The position numbers and the translations under genes are program-made. The notes under the pieces were generated by a model, which made no database searches, was not told where the DNA came from, and worked only from the letters and a program-made list of their open reading frames with translations. A stretch of 64,000 bases of DNA from the NCBI GenBank assembly GCA_964035545.1, contig OZ037767.1:3297680-3361679 (forward strand), given 5' to 3'. Below are positions 31,889 through 45,049 of the stretch, piece after piece. How positions within the stretch are numbered: the stretch's first letter is position 1; each line of letters begins with the position of its first letter. Origin of the DNA: Bugula neritina (lineage: Eukaryota > Animalia > Bryozoa).

Positions 31889-34540
31889 TCATGTTTCACA
31901 GCCGTTGCTATGCAACTCAATAACATGGTCAATTGCATCTACTAAACTGGGTAAAGTCAAATACGGAGCTGGGTTTATCTTCGTCTCATCTCCTGGTCTG
32001 TATTTGCCTGGCAAGAGATGAACCAACATTAATACTAGAAACAAATAGCAATCAGTATATGAGTATTTACATATGTCCAGTCCAACTGCCTGTACGAACA
32101 ATAAAGGCTTAAGTAGCAAGAGTCCACACTGTTTTCTGGTAAAGAAATCTCCCCAAGATAAAACATTAATACAATTGACTTATAGAGGTTAAGATTGTTT
32201 CAAGAGGCAGTGGTTTGCTAGACAGTAATGGGTGTCTAGTGAGATGTTTGTACTAAAACGTTAATAGGCCTATACACTTACTCATGGGTGGGGGGGGGGG
32301 GACAATTAGCCTAGGAACTAACCTGTTTGTACTAATATTCCTTTCATACCAATAGCCTGAGCCCCAGCCACATCATCTTGAACATCCTAGATAGAATAGT
32401 TGATATGGTCAAGAAAACCTAGGGCTTCTGATGTTACGATATGATAAGATTAGAAAACCCCACTGATTAGTAATGTAAGCTATTAAAGGTCTAGCATAAA
32501 TGTTTCTATAGATAGAACATTGGAAGCACATATATTGAGAGAATAAAGTAATCAAATGCTTTTCCAATTACTGATGTTTTACACAACATACACTCACACA
32601 CACGCGCGCATACACACACACACGCACATATGCATGTCTACAGCTAACTAAAACTATATACAGCAATAATATAGTGCCAACAGTTAACGTACATCACCAA
32701 TCATGACACAATCCTCAACCTCAACACCTTCAAAGTCAGCAATGGAATGCTCAAAGAACTTTCTAGAAGGTTTTCCAACTACAGTAGCGGTGAGACCAGT
32801 AGAGTATTCCAGAGCTGACACGAAAGCACCTGCAATATGATAATCAAAGGCAATGCAGTGTACAAGCTGCAACTCCCTACGGCCTACACCAACAATATAC
32901 ATACAGCACTGTCAAGTGATCACATTTCCTGTGAATGTCAAGAAAAGACTGAATTTCAAGCTGTTGGCAGAGATAAGAAAATGGGGTTGCACACATCTAC
33001 GCTAAATTGCCGTTGGTAGCAGAATGACGCCATTATTATGTCAAATATAAGAGGTGCACAATAGATAAGAGCAAAATCTACATAGTTAACACACTATTAC
33101 TTTTCGATATGATAGAGTTATCCCCCCGCCATATATGCTTCAGTGGTGGACAACTACACATCGTAATCACCTACGTCCTACACACACCTATTAATACAAA
33201 TATAAACAGGATACTTTAGCTTAGCTGGCAAATGTATAATCAAAAATGGGTCGAACATTCCATTATGATATACTCTACAGTTGAAATGTATATAATTCTA
33301 ACAATAATTTTTTCAGTCTATAAGTAGGGCACATCCCACACTATTTAGGTGTCAACAGTAATACACAAGTTTATTATAGTAAAGCTCAAGTTCTACAACA
33401 TAACAGACTAGTTAAATAAATTTAGTTTTAGTTGTCAAAATCTGATAAAAACTTACATACTCAACCAACTTGCCAAACCAAAGCTCGAAATACATGCTAA
33501 TAATGAGGCTTACATTACCAAACATGTGTACCAGCACTCGCACTCACCAACACAAGTAGTGATAACACCAAAACTACCTTAACACAGTTTACAAACTCGG
33601 CGCAAAGCATCAAATCCGGAACACCTGAACCTGTAAACATAATCCACTCACCTCCACCAAGAACTAAACCATGCTGCCTTTGAAGATATCGACTTTTATT
33701 AATAGCGATAAGCTCGGCATTGTCAGCATTTTTCAGACAGTTGAATGCTTCAGTGAGCTTTTCATAATTAAACATAGACGGGGCGAGTCCAATTACCACC
33801 GCATTAGGATCAACCACACTGACATCTGAAAATTTGATAAGTGATAGCAACTTGACAAAATAAAAATTAGCACAATTCTCATTGAATACAGCATGTTGGA
33901 GCAGATGTCGAGCGCCATTGTAGCAATTATTACAATATAAATGCATTTTTATAGAAACCTGGTATTTCTAATTTTCATGCCTTTGAAATCTTGTTGAGCG
34001 TTTTCTTCTAGAAACAGCATTGGACGACATTTTTTTCTCAGAACATATTGTTTGGTAGCCGTAAGAGAAGTGAAAAGATCGCCTGGAGATAAATTCACTC
34101 CGAGTCCAACAAGTCGAGTAAACAACGACGCTACAGATTCTTTGCTTGAATTAGTTACGAACCGAAAAGAAATTCCACTTTTTCTTATTCTACAACATTT
34201 AAAATTCATATCAAAAACCTTCAAACCAGTTTAGTCAACAGGTTGAGCATATTTTGCCATCAAAACATAAATATTTTGTTTACAAAAGCAGGCAAAGAGA
34301 AATTGTTTTATTTTAAAATTAAAAAATAAAATTGATCATTTTCTTATGAAAACATTTTGAACAGCTAACTCCCGCTACCCGAACAGGACAGAGCGGAGAT
34401 AGGTGAGAAAAAATTTAGAACAGCTAATTGATATCTTATAACCTGTCGATTGCCCTGGCCGCACCAGCTACTATACTATTCTCAACGTGAACCGTCCCAG
34501 ATAAGTCAATCAGCACACATTTAGGCACAAATCGACCCAT
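31889..34540 (-). CDS. HDHD2: Haloacid dehalogenase-like hydrolase domain-containing protein 2
   Basis: Exons 34443-34540, 33981-34189 (GC donor), 33652-33825, 32693-32829, 32323-32386, 31889-32007. Motifs LIDLSGTVH, RFVTNSSKES, DPNAVVIGLAP, ALEYSTG..VVGKP, VMIGDDVQDDVAGAQ, TGKYRPGDE. Confidence 0.92.
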
Positions 34541-37332
34541 GAAATAGTATCTTTACCTAGAAGTTAAAACAAACACAAGATTTTAGTTTCTAGCCTATCT
34601 AACGAATTAAATTTTATTATTCAATTCGCGAGCAACTAATGGCTTTATTTTTGAATTTGAGGTCTTATATGAGCAAAATAATAAATGATCAAACAACATA
34701 TTTTGTAATAATGCCAGCCATATCAATCATAATAAATCATAATCATGATGATAGTCACAACTTCAAATCATAAATGCTATTTTTCAATTACTAGAATTAA
34801 ATTTTGTGACACTGATGCCTTTAGTATCCTAATGCTGTTTGACCTTATTTATAGCAGTTATAGACCCAATGTTTATATAATTTTGAAGATGCTTACATGG
34901 AAGCTCATATACTAATCGGCACAACACACAATCGAATAGCTAATAGTTCTTGTAAACTGAAAGCATTTTCACTTTTACTACTTGGCTATGCAACAAGTCT
35001 TGTACATAGTCAATGCATTATATATATGTGACACCGTTCACCATAATCCTATATTAACAGCTAATATTTAATTTCACTTTCATAATCAATTTGAGAATCA
35101 ATTTCAACAGCCAAATTGTTACGCTAGTTAGTAAATGAGTAAGTGAACCTAGTCTTGGTGGAAGAATTAAAAGAAAAATTGAAAAATGATAACATGAAAG
35201 AAAATCTAAAATTCTAAAAGACTCAAAAATTTTACCGTCTTCAATTTGTTCAGCTTTTTTGACAATTATTTCTATTTTTACTTTCCCGAAAGTCAAAGCT
35301 TTTACTTTCACGGTGCTGCATTATAATCACGAATATAATAATGATTATGGCCATGAGCACATCAAAAAGGTCTATCACTATGCCTACCGCTATAATACTA
35401 ATTGCATTCATTAAAATTATTACTAGTCTTACTATTAAATTTAGTAATACTAATAGTATTGGTGTCTATATTTATAACCGTGAGCATAGTGACCGTGATG
35501 GCGATTTATTAAATCCCTTATCATATTAGTATTTATAATCATAATGATTATCATTATAACATCATTATGAATATGACAATAAATAAATGAAAATTATATA
35601 TTCGCAATCATCATCATAACGATAATGATTGCTAATATATCTATATTTTATAATTTAATTATAATTATTATAAAATATTACTATAGTAATAATTAATGAA
35701 TTATTACTATCAATATAACAAAGTCATTCATTATCAGTATGACTGTGCCTATAAGTTATACTTATAGTAATGAGTATAAACATGAGTATTTATTGTACCA
35801 AATTAACTATTAAAATATATATTTTATTACTTATACTTATACCCTATTATTATTTATACCTTATAGTTATACCATTATACTTAGTCTTACAGTTAAACTT
35901 AATCATAATATTTTTATTAAATTTAGTAGTAATACTAATAGTAATAGTAATAGTATTACTAATAGTAATGGTATTAGTAATATTTATACTAATTAACGTT
36001 TATTTTTATGATTATAATTATTAAATTATAAATAATAATATAATTACAATGATAATCATAATGATAATTATCAATATTATCATTATGATATTCAATTCCA
36101 TACTCATACTGATACGCCATACGGTATGTCAACTGTCACGATCATGATGATTACGAACTTGAAGTGATGGTGACAATGGTAATACTCATACTGATGTTAC
36201 TAATTCATAATTATATTAAACTTGATATTAATATTATTATTATTATTTATTATAAATATAATTATTTATTTATTGTTATACTTAGTACTTACTCATATTG
36301 TAATGCATAAGATTTTAAGATTTGGGGAATGATAATCCTAATTAAAAAACAGAAAAGGGAAACACAGATTACTAAAATGTTATACTAGTAAACTTTTACC
36401 CATTAACAAAATTTACAAAAACAAAACAAAACCTTCACTCTCTAGAGTCAGTCTCAACTTGATAACAAATATTAGAACAACGCTAAAGGGGTCGGCAACT
36501 GCGGCACAAAGCATGTGGTCACTGAGTGCCGTTTATGTAAACACCATTGTCCGAACCACTGAACTGGAAAAGAGTTCATTTGTCCGAACTTCAACCCTCT
36601 AGTTCCAAAACCCCCAACCTACTAGGGTTAGTGATTCCGAACTGTGTGCTGCACCAAGCGATTTCTCAATCAAACCGGCCGTCGAGTAATAATATTCTAA
36701 ACATGGAGTTTTCCCAACACATCTCTGCAGATGCCCGTTGTGAGACTATGAGGAACTCAAGTAAGAGGTCTGTATCCGGGAAAATCCCAAACAAAACAGT
36801 TTAGAAACCTTCTGGTTAGGCAGCTTGCTTCTTCTGAATTTGACTTCACAGAAATAAGTGTTGCATCAAAGATAAACGTGATTTGAAATCTTTATATTTC
36901 ACCCAAAGTGAAGCGAAAGAAGATGGTATAAATTTCATGTTTTTTAACAACAGCATACTGCATAGTGTAGTAAGATGAAGCTTCATACCCAGGTGCTATA
37001 ATAACAAAACCGGTCATCAATTCAAGTACAACATATATATAAAATAAGGGAAGCAGCCAAAAACGTAACTATTACAATTAATATAGTTGTTTACATCCAC
37101 TCTCCTCGTGTTTACAACATACAAAATTAATTCAAAACCTCCTACAATTAATGTCAATACCATAAAAACTTTTGGTATGCAGTAAACAGATACATTGAAG
37201 AAATGTATCAGAAAGTTATTGACATAAAAGTGAAATTTGACTTAACCTTCACTAATTGCATATAGGTGTTTGCCAAATGCTGCAAACTAGTGACAACTAA
37301 AATAATAATTTTATAGGCCTATATGTAGTAAT

Positions 37333-37550
37333 AAGTCATAAAATTATTTGGGTTTAGAGTCACCATCCCTGTGAGAGCCCCTAGCTGATGGAAAAAGTTC
37401 TTTTAAGCATGTTGTGGAATTGTTTTTTTATTGTGACAAAAGCAACAATTATAGTCATAAATTTTTTCCAGCAGAAGTATAAACAAAAATTTATTACTGG
37501 GGTTGAAATCAAGTTAAGATATGTTTACTAGGCCAGTGCTCTAACCATGC
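37333..37550 (-). mobile_element. Degenerate copy of the tRNA-derived SINE
   Basis: tttagagtcaccatccctgtgagagcccct..aacaattat..ttactggggttgaa..ttactag..gctctaacc parallels 25466-25650. Confidence 0.6.
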
Positions 37551-37588
37551 AATATAGACCACATATAGCAATGCTACATATTTTTATT

Positions 37589-37770
37589 GAAAAGGCAATG
37601 GGATCAAACCGACCAATCCAGAACAAGGCAGCTCCCCTCAAATGCTCCACTGGAGAAGTCATCGCCGACAAAGGAAAACAGATGGAGAGATGAGTGGAAT
37701 ACTACACCAACCTGTACTCTCACCAGAATGTGAAGTCTTCCTCCGCTCTTAAGATGCAGTCGAATGTATG
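37589..37770 (+). mobile_element. RTE-clade LINE ORF fragment
   Basis: Translates QNKAAPLKCSTGEVIADKGKQMER*VEYYTNLYS, resembling the endonuclease-RT linker of RTE/BovB-type LINEs (in-frame stop at the conserved W). Confidence 0.6.
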
Positions 37771-39399
37771 TTCACTCTGGATGATTTTGCTGTACATAAT
37801 ATGTTATAATCATATAAGGTATATTTTACTGATAGCCTGAGTAACTTTATATTGAATGACTCATCAAAAGCCAAGTCATACTAAGCCAAAGTCTTTCCTA
37901 TATTCATCTAATCTAATACTATACACTATATTACATTATATAAAAACACCATGCGAAGATGTGCATAGTGCTGTGCTCATAAACACACTACACCAGAGTC
38001 ATATATATGGTAAACTTCCAGTCTTCTATCAAACTAGAGCATTGACTCATTATTAAATGTTATATAATGTTTGTACTGTAAGTATTACAACATCATGATA
38101 TACAACAACATGATTTATATGTACATTATGTGTTGTAATGCCCTAACCTAAATAAGTACAGTTTATAATATTATAATGATAAAATAACAGAAGAATATAA
38201 ATGTGTATACTCACATAAAGGATCAATCTCTAAAATTATAATTTTCAAATTAACCTAATATTCTATTCATTGAGAGTCAATAGCTTATAAGGCTTTATAG
38301 GCTGCATGTAGTAGGGTGGTTCAAAATGTGGACTATAAGTCCCCCCTCTTTCTCAACATTGCAACATATTATTATGTTTAAAACATTTCTTCCCTAACAT
38401 TTCACAAATTATTTCCAGAGCTAGTTATTTGTATGACTAATGAACCGAAAAGCATTGTTTAAATTTTCCTCTATTTGAGACCAAAATTGCTAAAAATAGC
38501 TTAAGCAATGAAAGTCTGCGAAACTTATAGACGAATTGTTCTATAAGCAAAAATCTGAATTCATATCAAGACATGTGTGCCCTAAATTTGTTATAAACAA
38601 AATGGTTGGGGCATATAACCCTAAAACAGTATTTAGGTAATAGTTAAGATACATATGAATATTTGAATACTATATAAGCTAGTAAAGTGTGTCAGCTCAT
38701 AATAACCTCCAAATACAGTATTTTTCACACAGCCATATTGTTTGCCATCTAACACGTTTCTTTACCTTTGCAAGTGGCTTTAGAGAGTCGATGCTGATAT
38801 TATGATTCAACGGATGCAACATTATTGTGTTTCAGAAATTGCTTGAGGGAGCACTAAGTGCAGAGATTCGGCGAGATGGGGTGTACTTCGGATGATGATG
38901 ATGAATACACAAATATTGCACTCAATGACCCCTAAACTTTTCTTGCATTTAGCGATACCGGCCTCGACACCCTCCCCGGATTTGTCAATTTGTCATATTA
39001 TTCTTCATGTACATGTAGTTGCTTCACTTGCTATCAAGGGTTACAAGAAAGATAACTCTAATATTTAAACATACAAGAAACTATCGACATACCATATATG
39101 GCGATAAGGCGAACCATTTCATATTAATGCGCGCTAAGACTAGTTTGTACTAAAAACTTATAAAAAAAACTGACTCAGTTTTTAAATAATTATAAGACAA
39201 AGCTACAGCATTAAAATTTGTCTAAATTAAAAGCGTAGATTTAGTCAAACAAAAATAAGCAATTAGCGAATTATATGTCAAAATCCAGGAAATGCGTAGT
39301 GTGAGTTATTAGGTCTTTGTTTGCGAACAGGCTTCAAATTTAGTCGTAGGTATAGTGGAGGACTAGGAACGTTTGAGAACTCTAAATCGCGAAGAAAAA

Positions 39400-42300
39400 A
39401 TGGTGAGATTAGAATCATTAGTAATTTAAATTATACCTACTTATAAACCCAATTATTATAATCTGTCACCACAATATAATGTTTGGTGCAAGTCTGTCTT
39501 TAGTATAGTAGTGCCAGTGAGATGGTATTAGTAATACTAGTATTAAAATAAATAAATAACTGTAAGTAGTACTAGTTCAGTAGTTGAGTAGTACTGCTAC
39601 TAGTACTGCTACATCTCACTTGAGCTTTAACTTAAAGTGGCAAGTAATAAAGTTTTGTTTGTTAGCAATACTAATAGTAATACTAATGGTGATTACAATT
39701 ACTATTGATATTAACAATAGCATCAACATGGTTGTAACTTTTAATCAGTAATGAATAGTTTTACTAACTTCAATTGTAACAATCACAATGTATGATATTG
39801 ATAGTCATAGTCATTGAATATCGGTATGGACATCTGACTGAGGACTGCTTTGTTTAGTTCTACCACATTTAGTTTTACTCAAAGTACAAGTATAACGATA
39901 AGACTTAGACTACTAAATTACTAACTAACTAAATTACACTGTCATCAGGTCTGATCAGTAATAATAAAGCTCCTGCTCACCTAGCCACCTTATTATTACT
40001 ACTAGTATGATCCTTTTTAATCTTGTTACTTGGTTCTAGTTATAATACTTATCTATTTCCTGTATTTTATTAACGATAATATAGCTAAAAGTAAAGAACT
40101 CTAAACCTGTAATCAGTAATGTGTAGATATGATTGACAGTCAAGCTTTTTTCTTAAAATGTATTAAGTTCATGATCAACGTTGTTTAATAATTGTGAACC
40201 TAAGCAGCTTTCCAACTACCTATAATATCAATGCAAGTATATTGATGTAAAATAGTAAAACGTTTTTGCGTTGAAAAGTGAAGTTTTGTAGAAAAAAATT
40301 AATATTTACAGTTTTGCACCAGGGAAATTGCTGCTTTTTTAAATTAATTATCCATTAAAAGCTGACCTTTAACTATTTTAGGCAAGCGTATAGGTTAGAG
40401 AAATCACATAGATTTGCATGCAAGTGCTCCAGTGCTATTAAAACTGTAAGCTGTGTTGACAGATTTATTTTTGCAATTGTGGATGATGTTGATGCGAGTT
40501 GCTCGTGGGTTTTGTAGTCTTCAGGTATCAAACTTCATGAAGATGTCGTACCATCAATCACAGATATAAGGAAGAATCACTTGTATAGCTTTGTACTTTA
40601 CCGAATTGTTAACAAAAAAGAGATACAAGTTTCACACCGGGAACCAAAAGATAGTATGTATACAGAACCATTGATAGGTTAAGCCAGGTGATGGTCAAAT
40701 AGTTGGGACGCATGATTATTGTTGAATAACTTTTGTGTCAGTGCAACTAGATCTCTAAAACTATATATTTTCTGAATCCTTAGGCTGAATCTAAAGAATA
40801 TAATTTTAATGATATTTTAGAAAGCTAGCTCTTTTTATAAGCTCTACGATAAGAGCCACCCCCAATTACTGCAATTTAGATCAAAATTCCAATTATTTTA
40901 ACTATGTAAAAATAATTTCAAATATTTTTGAACAACTCTTTGTGCAATATGGTGGGCCTGAAAAGGGCCTTTGAGTTTAGAAACACTTTTTAATACTTTG
41001 TTGGTCTTCCTTTGCTGGATATCACTAGCTGGCAGTGCCTTGGCATGCTTTCCACCAGTTTTAGCAACTCCTTTCTGGTGATTTATCTGTGCCAAGCTTT
41101 GACAATTCTCTCATTTAGTTTCAGCTTGCTGGGGGCTCTTCCACCTTTACTCAGAATTTTTTTGAATCTCATCCATAGATTTTCAATTGGGTTCAGGTCC
41201 TGTGAACCATTCTTGCGATGCCCTGCTCCTGAACCCAATTGTTGATAGCCATTGAGTGATGGCGAGGGGCAATGTCGTCCTGGGAAATCCAACTACCACC
41301 ATTGTACATCTTTTGTTCTGTTGGCAGCAGCTTTTCTTTTAGTATTTTCTAGTACAATTTACTGTTAATGGTCGTGAGGCCAGGCCTTAATGCACTGTAG
41401 ACTAACTAGAGATCGAATTAGTTATTTGCAATTAAGTAAAACGGGTTCCTGGGGGTCTAAGGACTCTTTAGATACGCGCACACGCACGCAAATTTATGCA
41501 AGTTTGCTAGAAGAAAGTTGAGATAATGGCTAGTGTTGAAATTCCGGAAATTCAATTATTCATTCCAACTATTTTGGCCATTACTGTAGCTTCTGAATAA
41601 TTATTTTGCTCTTATGTATACAACGTTAATATGCCTCTATGAGAACTGCAAACTTAAATGCTGCTCTATTATATTTTTACCCAAAACCTGATATGATCAA
41701 ATGAGTGTTTTGTAAATTTAGCATTATTTAGTACTTGCACTATTTGGACTAGAAAAATTTGGGAATAATCTATAGTACTTCTCATAACATTAGCAAGTAC
41801 CAATTGCCTGTTTTTAGGTATGTTTTATGACCCTTCTGATCCCTCTAACTTACCTCCATCATATACACGTTTGGTTGAAATGTGCAAGGAGCTTGCTGCT
41901 GAGGGTAAAGCATGTTATATAGCATATGACCTCAAGTATTTGTACAATGGTCAACCAAAGGAAAAAGTTGCGATGATTACATGGTGAGTATTTGTGATGC
42001 TCATATTATGAGCAATTTGTTGATTTTCTCTTTACTATTTCCTCACCTCGTATAAATGCTAGATTTTTCAAGCCAATATAAAGTACTGTTTTTAACATGC
42101 AACAGCTACTTTTTGGTTTTGCATCTATTTCGTCGTAAAGCTCTATTGCAACCACTAAAAGCTCAGTAATAATCTCATAATCATTTTTCAAAGTTATTGT
42201 TGCAGTTGAAAAAAGATTACGAATTAGCTGTACAGAATTTATTGAGCTGAAGAGAAGAAAATGCCAACGCACCTTATTTTGTGAAAAATAACTATCATCT

Positions 42301-42617
42301 ACTTTTCTTGAGAATCAATATTTTTAGGGCTTCTGATGATCTTGGAATAAATGAGAAAATGATATACTCATCATCCAAAGAAGCACTTAAAGTCAAAATA
42401 GACCCCTCTGTTGTGGTTCAGGCTAATGACGAAGATGAGCTCTCCATAGAACATGTGCTTTCCATGTGAGTGTTGTTTTATACATTTATTAATTTGTTGC
42501 TTCGTTTACAAAGTTATTATATTTGCTAAGTGCTTATTTTCTTATATAATTTCGTGGAACTGATATTTATATTTAATTTATACTAAATTTTTTAGTGCCA
42601 ACAAACAAGCCCGATAA
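39400..42617 (+). CDS. ADF/cofilin family actin-depolymerizing factor
   Basis: ATG|GT first exon (39400-39402) typical of cofilins; exons 40518-40653, 41818-41983, 42328-42465, 42596-42617. MSSGIKLHE.., CYIAYDL, KVAMITWASD..EKMIYSSSKEALK..VQANDEDELS. Confidence 0.88.
40685..41586 (-). mobile_element. Internally deleted Tc1/mariner relic in cofilin intron 2
   Basis: Imperfect TIRs CAG(G)TGATGGTCAAATAGTTGG / CCAACTATTTTGGCCATTACTG followed by TA; transposase remnants QDDIAPRH and QDLNPIENLW..IVKAWH on minus strand. Confidence 0.75.
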
Positions 42618-42999
42618 TGAAACAAATCTGTTGAGCTTTCCGTGGAGTTGTCCATGAATCCTATATTTACCATACTGATTATTCCTGTACCAAGCTTGCT
42701 AACTAGTACTGAATAACCAATATACGGAAGAACTAATATTGTATTTTATACATATGGTTGCAGTTGCTCATTTATGTAGATGCAAGTCATTAAGAAAATA
42801 TGAATTCTTGTCGATTTATACTCTCAGAGCTAATTATTAACACAATTAATTGAATTTACTTACAAGTTACTAGTGTTGTTTGCAATGAAACTTTCATACT
42901 AAATAATACAAGTTTACAGAACCTCGTGCCCATTTGATCCCCATTCATTGTATCTCAAACAAAGTTCTGTTGTATAATCTTTACATTGTTTCTCCAAGG

Positions 43000-43720
43000 C
43001 CATGCTCCTTCAGTCAATTAGTACTAGTGTGTTTAACTCATGTCATAATGAATGTGTGATGGATGGTCCATTTTACTATTCTACTTGTCAGTTTAATCAT
43101 TCACTGAGTTTCCATACTTCACAATATATTTGCATATGAACAGGTCATTTGATTAAAGCAATTGAAATCTTGTGTTGTGGGGGTAGGGATCAGCAATAGA
43201 AACAGCGAATCACAGGTGTGACCAATTCTACCGGCATTATAATTTATATTTGCAACAATACTTGTAGAGTCTAGATTCGTTTTACCACATCTGTAGCAGT
43301 TGTGTCATGTGGTTATTGAGTCATAGCTAAGTCAGTTGCAGGTAGTGGTGAGCAATAATGGGACAGCTGTAGAAGACAAAAATGTAGCATCACAAAATTC
43401 GCTGGCTCTTGATCAAAAAGTAGATGATAGCCAGGTGCTTCAGAGATTCCTTATTAATGTCCGTATAGCCTGTACCATTGCTATAGATAAGACATAATTT
43501 TCAATTGTATCTTACAACAGTAGGATTACAAGTTTCCAAAATCAAATAATGCAAGTAGCAAAAGCTCCACAAAGTTAAAAGCATGCAGAATTTTATTTAG
43601 AATTTAGGTTATAACCGTGAGATATGATACACACTCCTGATCGAGCTGTACATGGTCTGTTGGCGCAGCAAATAATTCTAGGTACCTTATAGGTTATAAT
43701 CGACAGAAAAAAAAAACAAT
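43000..43720 (-). mobile_element. Decayed Ty3/Gypsy gag fragment
   Basis: Minus strand reads NCYRCGKTN...YNAGRIGHTC (eroded tandem zinc knuckles, 43210-43300) and TYKV.R..APTD (near 43650-43695), resembling Mag-like gag; many stops, no LTRs recognised, limits approximate. Confidence 0.5.
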
Positions 43721-45049
43721 ATTCAAGTTAAGATCAATTTTATTTCCTTATTTCACCAATAAGTTGAGACAGTAAATGATATAGCCTGCCATCCAAAAGG
43801 AGGTAAAGCTGAGGCTCATTTTAGTTGATTCCCATCTCCTTGCACTTGTTCTGAATGCACTGGGATCAGAAAAATTGTTGAGATCAGGTTTTAACCTATT
43901 ACATAGCGCAGACTCTTAATAACATGTATGTGGTTGACCTGCAGTGATGGATAAAGAAGAAGTAGGAAGTTTTGATGATAACCATGTACTGTAGGAGTGA
44001 AAAACTAATTGAACTCTTATTGGCGCATCTAAATAATGAAACTCCTGATGATATGTACCTCGAGCTCTGATGACAATATACGTAATATTATTCACTCTGA
44101 ATTGGGATTTATTCTATTTCAGTGATCATTTGTGCCATGCATCTATAATATATATTTGTTGATCTTAACACTACTTGGTTCTCTCTAGTTAGTTGTCCAC
44201 GAAGCAGAGCATATTTAACTCGTGGAAATGGCTGCTTCTATTAAGATTTCTCACCTGGTGAACATGAGTTTACCATAGAAGATGTGCATAATTCCAATGA
44301 TGATAGCATAATATGGTCGGAAAACTACCAAAGCAATCTTAATGAATTGGCTTGATTATTCAGTAATAGCTGTCAAGCAAATCACCCCACAAAAGTTTCC
44401 AGCCCTTAAATGTGGTGAACAATAACTTCTGCACGAGACAGTTCACCTAGCATTTGTAATAAGTGAATGGCAGAAAGGAATATTAGAAAAAATACTATGT
44501 TGCCAAATAAAATATCTACCAATTCATTATTCCAGTTAATTAAATATTCCTGCATTTGAACCATTCCTCTATTTGGACCAATGTTAGAAATTGCAGTGCA
44601 GATAATTCTAGTAAAAGGCAGTGAAGATTATTTAGTAACTGTTGTAGTAGCAATTAGTTTTTATTTGAACGATTTGGTAAACTTAAAGCATTAGCAAATT
44701 GCTGAAAACAGGTGTGAGCAGACATTTTAAAGTACGATGAGATGTTTTTGTATCTTCAAAAAGCACAAGATTGACTTTAAATGAAGTTGTGCATGCACAC
44801 TACACATCAAGTCAGAAAATTATTATCTAAAATTCATGGGTATAAATTTCTTAACACAGAAATAAAACCAAGTAAATTGCTGCAAGTGACACTGAAATCA
44901 GCCCATATTCATCAGGACCTCACAGTATTTGTGTGGCATCGAGCTATTCACAAGATCTTGGGGTAGCTTCAATTAAGAAAAGTTTATCTAGCTCTTAATA
45001 TAACTTATTGCAAAACTACTCAGTAATTCGCAGAGAATAATTGAGCAGT

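Noticed and set aside
44044-44105. Two CTGATGA motifs
   Set aside because: No downstream GAAA/stem arrangement for a hammerhead and not in an intron for a snoRNA.
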